Part shown: positions 29,858 through 39,700 of the stretch, piece by piece
Layout of the letters: each line of letters opens with the position of its first letter
Position numbering within the stretch: position 1 is the first letter of the stretch
Virus record (IMG/VR): IMGVR_UViG_3300040801_002299
From: an uncultured virus (IMG/VR IMGVR_UViG_3300040801_002299)
Lineage: Duplodnaviria; Heunggongvirae; Uroviricota; Caudoviricetes
DNA length: 64,000 nucleotides
Strand: one strand, 5' to 3'
The notes under the pieces: generated by a model
Seen by the model: the letters and a program-made list of their open reading frames with translations, nothing else
What the model was told of the DNA's origin: nothing
Databases searched by the model: none
Position numbers and translations under genes: made by a program

Positions 29858-30052
29858 ATGGGCTGTTTAGCCATTTTAATCTTTTTATTCATTTGGTATA
29901 TGTTTCTGGTGTTGATTGCTGGAGCTATTATCATGTGTCTCAGTGCTTTGGGTGTGCCCATTGCTGCGACTTGGGGAAATGCATTCATTGGTGGTATCCT
30001 ACTGATGATCATAAAAATGTTTGTTTTTCCATCGTCCAGTTCTAGTGATTGA
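29858..30052 (+). CDS. small membrane protein
   Basis: Hydrophobic; promoter 29804; AAGGAG SD. Confidence 0.7.
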   Translation: MGCLAILIFLFIWYMFLVLIAGAIIMCLSALGVPIAATWGNAFIGGILLMIIKMFVFPSSSSSD

Positions 30053-30059
30053 GGTATAT

Positions 30060-30263
30060 ATGAAGAATCCCAAAGATGCAGTAGGTCAATGGAGAAACAA
30101 CAAAAATGGCAAAATGTATGTTGTCATTGATGTAGTTGAAGACCAGACAAATGGCCGTGAAGGCACTCTTATGGTCTTGTACTTTCCACAAGATAACGCG
30201 AAGCTGCGTCATGTCCGAACTCTAGATGAGTTCCACCAGAAGTTCACACGATTCACAGGATAG
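30060..30263 (+). CDS. DUF1653-like protein
   Basis: KNGKMYVV...MVLY...VR.LDEF..KF. Confidence 0.7.
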   Translation: MKNPKDAVGQWRNNKNGKMYVVIDVVEDQTNGREGTLMVLYFPQDNAKLRHVRTLDEFHQKFTRFTG

Positions 30264-30272
30264 TCCAGAAAT

Positions 30273-30314
30273 AGCTCTCCTTGACGTTTCCTTGCTCAGG
30301 GAGAGACTTTTTTC
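30273..30314 (+). terminator. intrinsic terminator
   Basis: CTCTCCTTGA/TCAGGGAGAG stem followed by a T-run. Confidence 0.7.
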
Positions 30315-31073
30315 TGTTTTATGTGTCATGGGAACCAAATTATGAAACGCAGTTCAAATCGAATTAAATTTTCATCTTACAAAATCACAAATAGATTGTG
30401 TATGTTGTGGGGACTTGCGTTTGCTAAAGCTGATAAAAAGAAACATGACCATATGAGTTGGGAAGGAAGGTTGAAAACAAATGTCATTTATCGAAATGAC
30501 AATGTAACGTATTTTGTTAATTACTTTTCTCCAACGATGTGTTTGAGGCTAAGGTCTCCTCGAAAAGAAAGTGTGAGGTCAACATGGTTTTTATGAAACC
30601 AAAAATGAATGAAAATGGCATTCCTGTGTACCGTCCGACTAAAGTTCCTTTGTTTGGCGACGAAGCAAATGATTTTGATAAAGAAACTATTGACATAGGA
30701 AACCTTCATAGACACTGGAATAATGCATATTTAAAAGAATATTACAATAAAGAAACAAAATGATATTGTTATCAACTCCGTCATCATCAGGATTTAATTG
30801 GTTGAAATATCTTCATGATGCCAATAGTAATAAAAAGCCAGAACAAGAAATAATGCTTGAGCATTGGGAGAATGTTTATAGAATAAGATCTATTAAGCTA
30901 CCAACCACTATTCAGACTCCAGTGTTTACCAAGAAAGGGCCATGGAATGGCGACGACAATCAAAAAGACGATTGATGAACTCAAAGAGTTGCCAGCTTTG
31001 GCACCGTATTCCAAGACCTCTATTGGAAAAGTTCTCAAGAAGTTGATCTGTGAAATCATAGATTGAGTTTATT

Positions 31074-31397
31074 ATGTACGATGAACAAAAACTTAAAGAA
31101 GTATTTTTTCAGTCTGCTACGTTTAATTTGGTTCTATACCTCGCCAAACAGTCAGGTATGTCAAATGAAGAATTGGAATCATTTTTGAATTATTCAATTG
31201 ATATGACCTCAGACCATATCATGGGTACGATCTCTAGTCAGATCGAAAGCATGGATAAAAATGAAGAATTCATGAACAAGTTGTTTGGTGTCGATTTGAA
31301 AGAGAAAACCAACGAAGTCCGAATCATTGGAAATGACGTAAAGAATCGAATCACCCGTATGTTTGAAGAAATATCGAAAGAAGAAGAAAAGGAATAA
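31074..31397 (+). CDS. hypothetical protein
   Basis: 107-aa helical ORF. Confidence 0.6.
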   Translation: MYDEQKLKEVFFQSATFNLVLYLAKQSGMSNEELESFLNYSIDMTSDHIMGTISSQIESMDKNEEFMNKLFGVDLKEKTNEVRIIGNDVKNRITRMFEEISKEEEKE

Positions 31398-31551
31398 ATG
31401 TGTCTCGTGTTCTTGATAAGGCTCAACAACAAGTTGATGACGCCAAGAGAACTATTGCCCAAATTGAGTTTTGCCTTAAAATGTGGTCAGTCGAAGATGC
31501 TATCAGAAAAGAAGCTCATGAATTTAAAAAAGAGGTTCAAAAAAGAATAAG

Positions 31552-31935
31552 GTGGAAATGATGAATGAGAATATTATCAAATACTGGTTGAAGGGCAGAA
31601 AGCTCATGGTCCGAGTCACAGCGTTGGAATATGGTTATAGGGGTTACGGAGACTTACACAGAGTATCCAAAGACCGAGAAGCGAGTGAACTTGAAAGACA
31701 AGAGATTATCTCTATCATAGATAAATTCGGTCACTACCCCATGGCAAGAGAGATTGAGCGTCAGAGTGATCGTAGACTCTATTGGTGGAAAGGGAAACGA
31801 TTGATGAAGCGTTATTTTATCCGTAAGACCAAAGAGAGCCCTGGTATGTTTCGTGAAATCCCTAAAGATGCGAGAGTATCACTCGCAGAAATGCAGTTTA
31901 TCATCAGTCACTTGAATGATAACCTCAAAGATTGA
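31552..31935 (+). CDS. hypothetical protein
   Basis: Repeated YWxKGxxLM motif. Confidence 0.6.
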   Translation: MEMMNENIIKYWLKGRKLMVRVTALEYGYRGYGDLHRVSKDREASELERQEIISIIDKFGHYPMAREIERQSDRRLYWWKGKRLMKRYFIRKTKESPGMFREIPKDARVSLAEMQFIISHLNDNLKD

Positions 31936-31941
31936 GAGGAT

Positions 31942-32421
31942 ATGATGTTTTTCTTAACTGCCGCTTGGATTATTTTAGGATCACTCGCAGGAATTATGGT
32001 TCTTGTGGGAGTGTTAATTAGTATTCCGGAGTTCGTTTGGGGATTGAAATATGAATCCTGGGGTGACAGAATTAAGGAAATATTAGCTTTTATTGGATTC
32101 CTCCTACTCATTCCCTTATTATTTTTACCACTCATATTCTTGACTTGGTATGAAACAAATGAAATTGATAGAGTCAGTTTGAAAGTCACATACAACGAAG
32201 ACCTCAATTGTCATACGATCTGGATACCTAATGGATGTAAACTAACACAGAACACTCCTTCAGTTATAAATTTGGTATCATACGAAGAAGAATTTGGTCA
32301 TATCTATCGTGAAGGTACTGGCGTTGACTTGGTGACGCGAAAGGTCACATCTGGGATTTTTGTATATAACATTTGGACAGACTTTGAATTAATTGAGACT
32401 GGAGATAGTGATGATGAATAA
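31942..32421 (+). CDS. membrane protein
   Basis: GAGG SD, two TMs. Confidence 0.7.
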   Translation: MMFFLTAAWIILGSLAGIMVLVGVLISIPEFVWGLKYESWGDRIKEILAFIGFLLLIPLLFLPLIFLTWYETNEIDRVSLKVTYNEDLNCHTIWIPNGCKLTQNTPSVINLVSYEEEFGHIYREGTGVDLVTRKVTSGIFVYNIWTDFELIETGDSDDE

Positions 32422-32725
32422 AGAAGAAATAGACGAGTGTGCAAAGTTCCACGCTGGAGTGTCATCCCGTGAATCTGTCTTAAAAGAAATTATCATTGTT
32501 TTCATTTTAAGTGTGATTATTGTCGCAACCATTGGGATTGCAGTGATAGACTTTATAACCCCATCAAAGGAATATGTTGGTGAGACTGTTACTATCGAAG
32601 GGATTGAATTTAAGGTTATTCAGCACATGGGAGTTGAACTGACCCTCTTATCCTCTTCTGGTGTGTCAATGGTCCTCCACCAACGAACATTCTTGGATTA
32701 CTATGAAGAAGGATCTCATGATTAA
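32411..32725 (+). CDS. membrane-anchored protein, similar to 33273..33545
   Basis: TM then ETVTIEG; GGAGA SD. Confidence 0.6.
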   Translation: MMNKEEIDECAKFHAGVSSRESVLKEIIIVFILSVIIVATIGIAVIDFITPSKEYVGETVTIEGIEFKVIQHMGVELTLLSSSGVSMVLHQRTFLDYYEEGSHD

Positions 32726-33023
32726 TCTTCCACGCAAACCTCGGATTATGGACTACACATGGGATGAGCATCCTGTGTCAAGACCTTTCCTCGTGTCGTG
32801 GATGCGAAAGTATATTGATCTGTATGATGTTCAACAACGCGAGAGAGCATCAGAAAAAACCCGAGAAGAAATGATGGACAAAGGAGAAATCATTACGAAT
32901 GAGGGTGATTACAAGCGTTTCCTCGACAATGAAAAAGGAATGATGGAATACACCTTAATCTATAAAACAGGGGCCGGGTTCTGTTTGTGTATTATTTGTA
33001 GGGTTCATCCAAATGAGGACTAG
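32718..33023 (+). CDS. PFxxxWxxxY paralog family member
   Basis: RPFLVSWMRKY. Confidence 0.65.
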   Translation: MINLPRKPRIMDYTWDEHPVSRPFLVSWMRKYIDLYDVQQRERASEKTREEMMDKGEIITNEGDYKRFLDNEKGMMEYTLIYKTGAGFCLCIICRVHPNED

Positions 33024-33210
33024 TCCTCCAGAATATATCATTGAAACCCATTCTGATGGGCAATGGTGTATCATTTATGATCCCCCAACTGGTGGGGAAT
33101 ACTATTGCTTCAGGATAAACTGTATGAAATCCCTTGACGCGATACAGAATGAGATTAGAATCCGTCTAAATGCAGCATACAACCAATGGCTGAAAGAAAA
33201 CGACCTATGA
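33013..33210 (+). CDS. hypothetical protein
   Basis: Overlaps the upstream stop. Confidence 0.5.
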   Translation: MRTSPPEYIIETHSDGQWCIIYDPPTGGEYYCFRINCMKSLDAIQNEIRIRLNAAYNQWLKENDL

Positions 33211-33272
33211 AAAATTACGAACATTATAACACGCACTACACGAACGAAACCCCTTAAAAGGTAGGAGACCCT

Positions 33273-33545
33273 ATGTTCCGCTTCATCTTCAATATAGTCC
33301 TTATTCTGATAGCTTTCGGGATCGGATTCGCCATAAAAATTTCATTGGATCATGTCAAACAGCAAGAGCAAAAAAGGATCCTCAACGAGACTGTCTGGTT
33401 CAATGGATACCATTGCATTGTAACGGATGTCACTGGAGACTATGCAGAACTGGTTTACCTCGACAAAGACGACGGGATCACCACTGTCTATATCCCATAC
33501 AGTAAAGCCGTCTCCTTCCTCCTCGACAAGCAGACAAATCAATGA
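33273..33545 (+). CDS. membrane-anchored protein
   Basis: AGGAG SD; TM then ETVWFNG. Confidence 0.7.
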   Translation: MFRFIFNIVLILIAFGIGFAIKISLDHVKQQEQKRILNETVWFNGYHCIVTDVTGDYAELVYLDKDDGITTVYIPYSKAVSFLLDKQTNQ

Positions 33546-33799
33546 TGCAGTACATCTCCCTCCCATTCCTCATCAGATGGATGGAATACTATTGGAAAAC
33601 GGAGAAGAGAGCGTATTCTTTACTCTTTAGTGACAACACCTTCTCAGTTCCCATGACTCCAGACCACTGGAAAGAACTGTTTACGCATTCTGAAAGTGAT
33701 CTCATCTTGTATAGGGATCACGATGTTGCAATCGTCTTATCATCAGGTTCCTCCTCTTTCAAGTGTCTATTAGGACGTGTCGATGTCTCCACTCTGTAA
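33542..33799 (+). CDS. PFxxxWxxxY paralog family member
   Basis: LPFLIRWMEYY. Confidence 0.65.
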   Translation: MMQYISLPFLIRWMEYYWKTEKRAYSLLFSDNTFSVPMTPDHWKELFTHSESDLILYRDHDVAIVLSSGSSSFKCLLGRVDVSTL

Positions 33800-34091
33800 G
33801 CACCGTCCCAAATTGGAAGTCCATAGATTCCGCCTGAAGCATCCCTTCCTCTTATTCTGGATGCAAAAGTACACCCACATCCGCCACAAAGAGATAGAAG
33901 AAATGGAAGTACACCAATCCGTCTATCAGCGATCTATCGTCAAAGAATACTCTTTCAATCGTGGAACATATGATGCATACATTGAAGGGCAATGGACAGT
34001 CAAAGACCCTCCCAACTTAACCCTCAAGTTCAAGACGAAATATGACTCCATCATCTTGTCATGTTTCTTGGATGAAGCATATGTATTATAA
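33777..34091 (+). CDS. PFxxxWxxxY paralog family member
   Basis: HPFLLFWMQKY. Confidence 0.65.
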   Translation: MSMSPLCKHRPKLEVHRFRLKHPFLLFWMQKYTHIRHKEIEEMEVHQSVYQRSIVKEYSFNRGTYDAYIEGQWTVKDPPNLTLKFKTKYDSIILSCFLDEAYVL

Positions 34092-34386
34092 AACAAAAAG
34101 TCGACCTCGGGTTCAATTATCGAACCTCGAAGTCTCTCAGCCATTTGTATTATTTTGGATAGAAAGGTACCTCGGGTTCCATAAAGACAGATTAGAAGCG
34201 AGTCTCCATAGAGAACACGAAGAGGGGACCATTGATCTCTCTAGTAATCTGGATAGATATAATGAAATAAAGGGGGATCTAGAACGATACCAGTTTCATA
34301 TGAATACGGTTTATGTGACGTATAACACATCATGTGGGGATCTTGTCTGTTTGCAGTGCTTTTTAGGCCAGAATACTGTCGTTTGA
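34081..34386 (+). CDS. PFxxxWxxxY paralog family member
   Basis: QPFVLFWIERY. Confidence 0.65.
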   Translation: MYYKTKSRPRVQLSNLEVSQPFVLFWIERYLGFHKDRLEASLHREHEEGTIDLSSNLDRYNEIKGDLERYQFHMNTVYVTYNTSCGDLVCLQCFLGQNTVV

Positions 34387-34645
34387 TATTTATATGGTTT
34401 TGCGTGCTAGAACACCCAGAATGCCCCTCAGGGTCGGTTCAACATACATACACGAAAAAGTTGCAGAGATTTGCAAAGAGTTGCACAGAATAGAATAAAG
34501 GGCAGAATAAAGGTGTATATGGATGTGTGTGAGTAAGGCGTACTTTCCTACTAGAGAAGTAATCATAGAGACTACTCAACTGGTAGGAAGAGTCAACAGG
34601 TATTTGAACAATACGAGGTGTCAATAGAAGATATGAAGGTGATTT

Positions 34646-34849
34646 GAGGCTATATAAGAGCAAGTGAGGCTATATAAGAGCAAGTGAGGCTATATAAGAG
34701 CAAGTGAGGATATAATGGGTGTCAACCAGAGCAAGTGAGGGGATAATGGGTGTCAACCAGAGCAAGTGAGGGGATAATGGGTGTCAACCAGAGCAAGTGA
34801 GGATATAATGGGTGTCAACCAGAGCAAGTGAGGATATAATGGGTGTCAA
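34646..34849. repeat. compound tandem repeat: 3 x 20 bp then 4 full plus 1 partial 31-bp units
   Basis: GAGGCTATATAAGAGCAAGT x3; GAGG(AT/GG)ATAATGGGTGTCAACCAGAGCAAGT. Confidence 0.97.
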
Positions 34850-35146
34850 GAGGCTTTTTCTTAGCGGACCCTCACATACAAACAACCCGAAAAATAATTC
34901 CTACCAAAAAATCTGCCTCCCCCGAAAAAATAGCTTGACAGCCAAGGTCCCTGAGAGGCCTATAGGACCTACACTCCAGTGTCAACTACTAAAAATAATC
35001 TGTCAGATTGGTGAGGGGCCCGTACTAGATACGGATCTCCCCACATCCTACATTTTCTCATTGACTCTCCCCCATTTCATAGTAGTGCGATCAGGATTAC
35101 TGATAAATACAGTTGACACTCCTTGGAGAATAGTATAATGGCTCAG

Positions 35147-35380
35147 ATGATTCCACTATTCAATGCTCGTATCAGAGACCTGAAGGCCACTTTGAAAGCA
35201 TGGAATAGTGCCTCACTGGAGGAGCAAGAGTCCTTCCAAGATGATGCCAGAGAGTATCTATCTACTCTTATGGGCAATCCAAGTGAGGAGACTGCTATCA
35301 TAAGTCGTGATCGGGAAGTAGCTCCAGATCCTGACGATGATATTCCATATATTGATGTCTATATAGATTGGCCTGAATAG
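35147..35380 (+). CDS. hypothetical early protein (possibly leaderless)
   Basis: ATG 7 nt after TATAAT. Confidence 0.65.
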   Translation: MIPLFNARIRDLKATLKAWNSASLEEQESFQDDAREYLSTLMGNPSEETAIISRDREVAPDPDDDIPYIDVYIDWPE

Positions 35381-35466
35381 CCTCTAGTTTGGGTTGACTC
35401 TCCTTAAGTTGAATGTATGATCTGGGCATTGCATCAGATGAACCCACTCTTGAAAGGAGATTGCTC

Positions 35467-35781
35467 ATGCATATCAAGAATATCCCCATTATGCCCTTAG
35501 ATAGTCTGGAAGGGTATCTGGGGGCTGATCTCTATGAGTCGTATATGGAGGCTCTGTCTGACTCTAATGTGTCGTTCGGGTCCAATGGTGATACCCTGAT
35601 GACTCTGGCACAGTTCTGGGAGGTTGCTGAGACTACTATGGAGCATTATAGCGAGCATGTCGATGCTGAGGTCGTGGCTGAGTGGGAAGGGAAACTTCGT
35701 GGTGTGATTCACTTCGCCAACGAGTATATTTCCGATCATGGGCTGGAACTGAACAGCGTATTCATTTCGGTGGGGTGCTGA
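35467..35781 (+). CDS. acidic hypothetical protein
   Basis: AAGGAG SD before ATG 35467. Confidence 0.65.
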   Translation: MHIKNIPIMPLDSLEGYLGADLYESYMEALSDSNVSFGSNGDTLMTLAQFWEVAETTMEHYSEHVDAEVVAEWEGKLRGVIHFANEYISDHGLELNSVFISVGC

Positions 35782-35870
35782 TATGGATGATAAAGTGGAC
35801 AAACTGACTGTCGAGGTAGGCAATCTCATGCATGGACTCACATGGGAGGAGAAGATGAAGATCCTAGTAG

Positions 35871-36218
35871 GTGTCTTCTACTGCCAAGGTGCGTTTGACA
35901 CTGATAACGATGGACAGTTGGTACTCTATACGGGAGAATACATCAATGAGTAACTTTATGACCTGGGACCGATTCACTGAACTGTTGCCTGACTCTATCG
36001 CTATTGACATTGATGGGTGCGTCGTATACTCGCCCATAGATGAAGATGGAGTCGTCAACGTGACTGTGAACAATGAGGACTTTGATACCCGGTTCTTGAT
36101 GTTCTTGAAAGAGGACAATGAGGCCATTGAAGTTGATCGCGGTCACAACACGTTCTGGTTGATTTCTTCATCTGGAGAAACCCACACCTGTCAGCTATTA
36201 GGAGTCATGAATGTCTGA
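35871..36218 (+). CDS. hypothetical protein
   Basis: In an operon; start uncertain. Confidence 0.55.
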   Translation: MSSTAKVRLTLITMDSWYSIRENTSMSNFMTWDRFTELLPDSIAIDIDGCVVYSPIDEDGVVNVTVNNEDFDTRFLMFLKEDNEAIEVDRGHNTFWLISSSGETHTCQLLGVMNV

Positions 36219-36402
36219 CGACTTGAAACCCTATCTTGTCTACTTCGTCTACGATGAGGATTACTGTGATCCAAGCGTGGAGGAGAGTCGATTCACTTGC
36301 ATGGGTGATGATGAGGATCATGCCCGTGAGCAATGCCATGACGCATATGAGGACGTGACTGTTCTTCGTGTCGTGGAACTGGAGGAGAACCATGTCAAGT
36401 AA
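36211..36402 (+). CDS. acidic hypothetical protein
   Basis: AGGAG SD. Confidence 0.65.
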   Translation: MSDDLKPYLVYFVYDEDYCDPSVEESRFTCMGDDEDHAREQCHDAYEDVTVLRVVELEENHVK

Positions 36403-36658
36403 ACATCAGACGTACTGGCCGAAAGACGAGCTTCATTCCATGTATAGGATGAAGACTCTGGATGATCTGGAGGAGGAAGCCATGCGGCTTGGGCGTGCTG
36501 TGGTATGTGAACCTTCTGAACTCATCAATGGACAGTGGTACAACGTTCAGAGGATCTCTCGTACCAAGAAACGCTACCTATTCGATAAGGACTTTGTCTT
36601 TGTCGGTGCTGAAACGAATACTAAGGGTGAATATGCAGAGGAGTTGAAGCAGTGCTGA
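36392..36658 (+). CDS. hypothetical protein
   Basis: GGAGGAG SD before ATG 36392. Confidence 0.65.
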   Translation: MSSKHQTYWPKDELHSMYRMKTLDDLEEEAMRLGRAVVCEPSELINGQWYNVQRISRTKKRYLFDKDFVFVGAETNTKGEYAEELKQC

Positions 36659-37167
36659 AAGCTAAAGTCGTTTCAACAACATACCAAGTACCTATTGATC
36701 CTGATATCTTTGATAGGGTATTCATGCAGGCTGACAGGTATGATGACCGGGTCTTCGATCGGCTGGCGGCTGTTGAAGGGGTTTCAGATCCAGAGTACAA
36801 TGGTCTTTTTGGGAATAACATCTACTTCACTGCTGAGTCTGACTCTGCCCGAGTGATGTTCTTACTGGAGTTGGCTAAGGTCATCGAAGACTACAAGGAC
36901 TGGACTCCCCCTTTGGATGGGGAGACTCGGTTCATGGTGTTCAAGGCGGATACTGAGGTCGGGTGTCATGAAGACGTTGAAGACCCTGAGGACGTGACTG
37001 TTGAACTATTCAAGGCTGGGTCTCAGGTTGAAGTCGATGTGATCACTGAGCACCCTGAGCATTACTTCGTCCAGTTTGGTGATGGTTCAGTTGCCAACAT
37101 TCATAAGGATACTGTGGATGTTATGCCTGAAGACTGGAATGGTTCTCATCCAGTAGGTCAGACTTGA
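36652..37167 (+). CDS. hypothetical protein
   Basis: GAGGAG SD; stop lies inside the next TTGACT. Confidence 0.7.
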   Translation: MLKAKVVSTTYQVPIDPDIFDRVFMQADRYDDRVFDRLAAVEGVSDPEYNGLFGNNIYFTAESDSARVMFLLELAKVIEDYKDWTPPLDGETRFMVFKADTEVGCHEDVEDPEDVTVELFKAGSQVEVDVITEHPEHYFVQFGDGSVANIHKDTVDVMPEDWNGSHPVGQT

Positions 37168-37197
37168 CTTTCCTTAAAAGTCTATATGATCTCAGCT

Positions 37198-37482
37198 ATG
37201 AAAACATTTGAACAAGCCCAATACGAAGTCCAGAATCTCCCGGCTGTGGAGTGGACACTTCTCCGAAAAGCTGCTGTTGCTCGGCTGGAAGATACCACTC
37301 CATCGGGTCAGGGGATTGGGACATCTGACATCTCATGCGAGGCCATTTCAATGGTTCAGGCTGACGACTACAGTTCTCCTCTCTGGGGTGATATGGAGTA
37401 TGAAGCTGGAGATTGTCTCCGTACTCTTATCAATACTGCTATTGATAAGTTCAAACAACGTCATCCCAATGAGGTAGGCTAA
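37198..37482 (+). CDS. hypothetical protein (possibly leaderless)
   Basis: ATG 7 nt after TATGAT. Confidence 0.65.
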   Translation: MKTFEQAQYEVQNLPAVEWTLLRKAAVARLEDTTPSGQGIGTSDISCEAISMVQADDYSSPLWGDMEYEAGDCLRTLINTAIDKFKQRHPNEVG

Positions 37483-37483
37483 T

Positions 37484-37855
37484 ATGTCTCAAACATTCAC
37501 GAACCCTGACAATCCTGACCAGACTTATACAGTTGGTCAGCGTGGTCGAAAGCCCTCATGGGTTCTTCCCATGCTGGCTGAGGCTGGTATCAAGCCTGCA
37601 ACGAAGACCTATGCCAAGGCTGAGAAGAAAGAGGAACCCTCACTCATGGCATGGTCGTTGGATGGCAAGTGCATCATCGTTGCCAAGACTCCTTCTCAAG
37701 CTGTCTTGATGTTCAATAAGACCACAAGCCATCCTCTGTCTGGTAAGGAGATGGATGCATTCTGGACTCGTCTCAAGAATCTCCCTGACTTGGGTGTTGG
37801 TGTTTGGATCAGGAAGGATGAAGAGTGGATGAAGCGTGAAGAAAAGCCTGTTTGA
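37484..37855 (+). CDS. protein with N-terminal H-NS-like DNA-binding motif
   Basis: FTNPDNPDQTYTVGQRGRKPSWV resembles the H-NS TWTGxGRxPxW motif. Confidence 0.6.
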   Translation: MSQTFTNPDNPDQTYTVGQRGRKPSWVLPMLAEAGIKPATKTYAKAEKKEEPSLMAWSLDGKCIIVAKTPSQAVLMFNKTTSHPLSGKEMDAFWTRLKNLPDLGVGVWIRKDEEWMKREEKPV

Positions 37856-37885
37856 CATCCCTGAATAATCTATATAATCAAACCC

Positions 37886-38242
37886 ATGATCAACGCACAA
37901 GACCATAAAACGATGAGTTCTCTCTCGGGAGCTATTCTTGATGAGAGGCGTCAACTCACCAATCAGTACAATCCCAACCCCTCAGTGCGTGTGCGTGTCT
38001 GGGGTGATAAGGAGTGGTACGAAGCATTCATCCACTATAACCCGTTCGACAAAGAATGGTGTTTGGGTGTCTCGTTTCATGGTTTGAGCAATCAGGGTAA
38101 ACCCTACTTGGACATGATGAGTGCCAAGAGGTACAAGAACATCGAAACCTTGTGCATGCAGGTTCTCTCATGGGCTGAAGTTGGTCCTAAGCGTATTCAT
38201 CTTTCTGTACAGCGATGGGAGGAAACTCGCTATGCAATCTGA
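37886..38242 (+). CDS. hypothetical protein (possibly leaderless)
   Basis: ATG 7 nt after TATAAT. Confidence 0.7.
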   Translation: MINAQDHKTMSSLSGAILDERRQLTNQYNPNPSVRVRVWGDKEWYEAFIHYNPFDKEWCLGVSFHGLSNQGKPYLDMMSAKRYKNIETLCMQVLSWAEVGPKRIHLSVQRWEETRYAI

Positions 38243-38513
38243 AAATCTTTCGTCTCTCCATGAACGAATGAGCACTGGTTCCCCTCTGGGTAATGAGGAT
38301 CTGGCTCAACTGTTTGTCGAACTTGGTAAAGCCCATGACTCCCTAGTGAAGTTGGGGTCGTTTTATCGTATGACTTGTCATGCTCTCTGTCGAGATATGG
38401 ACACGCTTGCTGGGTTTGCTTTCCATCGTGGGATGATAGATCCAAGCGACAACCATTATGAATGGAGGTCCTACGAGAAGTGGTTGAAGAAGAACGCTAT
38501 GGAAAAGATTTGA
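38232..38513 (+). CDS. hypothetical protein
   Basis: GGAGG SD before ATG 38232. Confidence 0.65.
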   Translation: MQSENLSSLHERMSTGSPLGNEDLAQLFVELGKAHDSLVKLGSFYRMTCHALCRDMDTLAGFAFHRGMIDPSDNHYEWRSYEKWLKKNAMEKI

Positions 38514-38543
38514 TTTTCCTCAAATAACCATATAATCCAAATC

Positions 38544-38852
38544 ATGGAGAACACAATGACAGATGTTGACACCAATGATCGCAAGGTCGTCTGTAATGTT
38601 GTTAGCGAGACTCTTGGTTTCGGAGTGACATATGCAGACAAGCGTGCCCGAGATCGTCTTCGCTACAAGTGGATTTTTTCTGGTAAGCGTCTGACTCATA
38701 GGGTTCTAAATATGAAAGTAGCCCGATTGACTAAGGAAATCTCAAATGAGACTGGACTTGTCGATGGGAATGACTATAATATCCAATGGATTGATAAGAT
38801 GCCACAATCCCCAGCGGGAATTAGGAGCCAATCTATTGTGATTACGATTTGA
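38544..38852 (+). CDS. hypothetical protein
   Basis: Promoter 38510. Confidence 0.65.
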   Translation: MENTMTDVDTNDRKVVCNVVSETLGFGVTYADKRARDRLRYKWIFSGKRLTHRVLNMKVARLTKEISNETGLVDGNDYNIQWIDKMPQSPAGIRSQSIVITI

Positions 38853-38933
38853 TCTTTGAGCGGTTGTGGCGGAAAGATCTATTTGACAATTATATAATGC
38901 CGGGATGGTGGAATTGGCAGACACGAGAGACTT

Positions 38934-39700
38934 CAAGTTTTTCTTGACTGGCAGACACATTCTAATATAAATATCTAAGTTATGTTAGAATGTGAAAGTT
39001 GCAAGAAAGAATTATCTAAAGGTCGCATTTGTCGAGAGTGTATGCTAGAAAGCAAAAGAATTGCTGCTAGAGAACGCTATCGAAAGTATAAAAAGAGAAC
39101 TCTTTATACACATATATGCGAAGCGTGTGCAAAAGGCTTTACAACCACAAGAAAAACATCATCGGGTCTATGTGAGGATTGTCGCAAGTCTTTGAAAAAA
39201 GAATACAAAGCGACAAATAATTATAAAAACTCGGGAGGGAGTGGTTATTGTTGGGAACATAGAAGAATAGCCGAAGAAGTTTTAGGTAGAAAATTATCTA
39301 GTAATGAGGTTGTTCATCATATGGACGAAAATCCGATGAACAATGATATTAAGAATCTCATTATTATCTCTAGGTCTCAACATGGAAAACTGCACATGTA
39401 TTTAGATAAACAGAGAGTCATTATTGAGAAATCAATGAGTGATAATTCCGAGAATTGCTGGGATAACCTTAGAGTTCCCATGACTACAACGTGGCTGGAA
39501 ACGGCGAGCGTGAAAGTTATAAAACTATGGGAAATTGGTCAATCAGCAGCCGAGCTTCTACGTTCTAACGAATATGAAGAAGGTTCAGAGACTATCTGAG
39601 TACAGACTAGAGCACGGAACACCTTAGCATGCAAAGATGAAGGTGAAGATATAGTCCAGACCACAAACCAGAAATGGGCAGTGAAAACTGTAGTGGTAAG
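38934..39700 (+). mobile_element. group I self-splicing intron (IA-like) carrying a homing endonuclease
   Basis: Follows U, ends in G; P AATTGCTGGGA 39453, Q AATCAGCAGC 39541, R GTTCAGAGACTA 39583, S AAGATATAGTCC 39646; P3 TTCCG/CGGAA; P8 CACCTT/AAGGTG; P9 GAAA tetraloops. Confidence 0.93.
38982..39599 (+). CDS. intron-encoded HNH homing endonuclease with N-terminal Zn fingers
   Basis: Four CxxC pairs; EHRRIAE..LGRKL..NEVVHHMDENPMNNDIKNL...H..LH. Confidence 0.9.
   Translation: MLECESCKKELSKGRICRECMLESKRIAARERYRKYKKRTLYTHICEACAKGFTTTRKTSSGLCEDCRKSLKKEYKATNNYKNSGGSGYCWEHRRIAEEVLGRKLSSNEVVHHMDENPMNNDIKNLIIISRSQHGKLHMYLDKQRVIIEKSMSDNSENCWDNLRVPMTTTWLETASVKVIKLWEIGQSAAELLRSNEYEEGSETI

Noticed and set aside
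34646..34849. CRISPR array
   Set aside because: Units are head-to-tail with no unique spacers, and no cas genes are visible
34439..35138. ORFs 34439-34663 (-) and 34812-35138 (+)
   Set aside because: They overlap repeats and low-complexity DNA, with no SD and non-ATG starts
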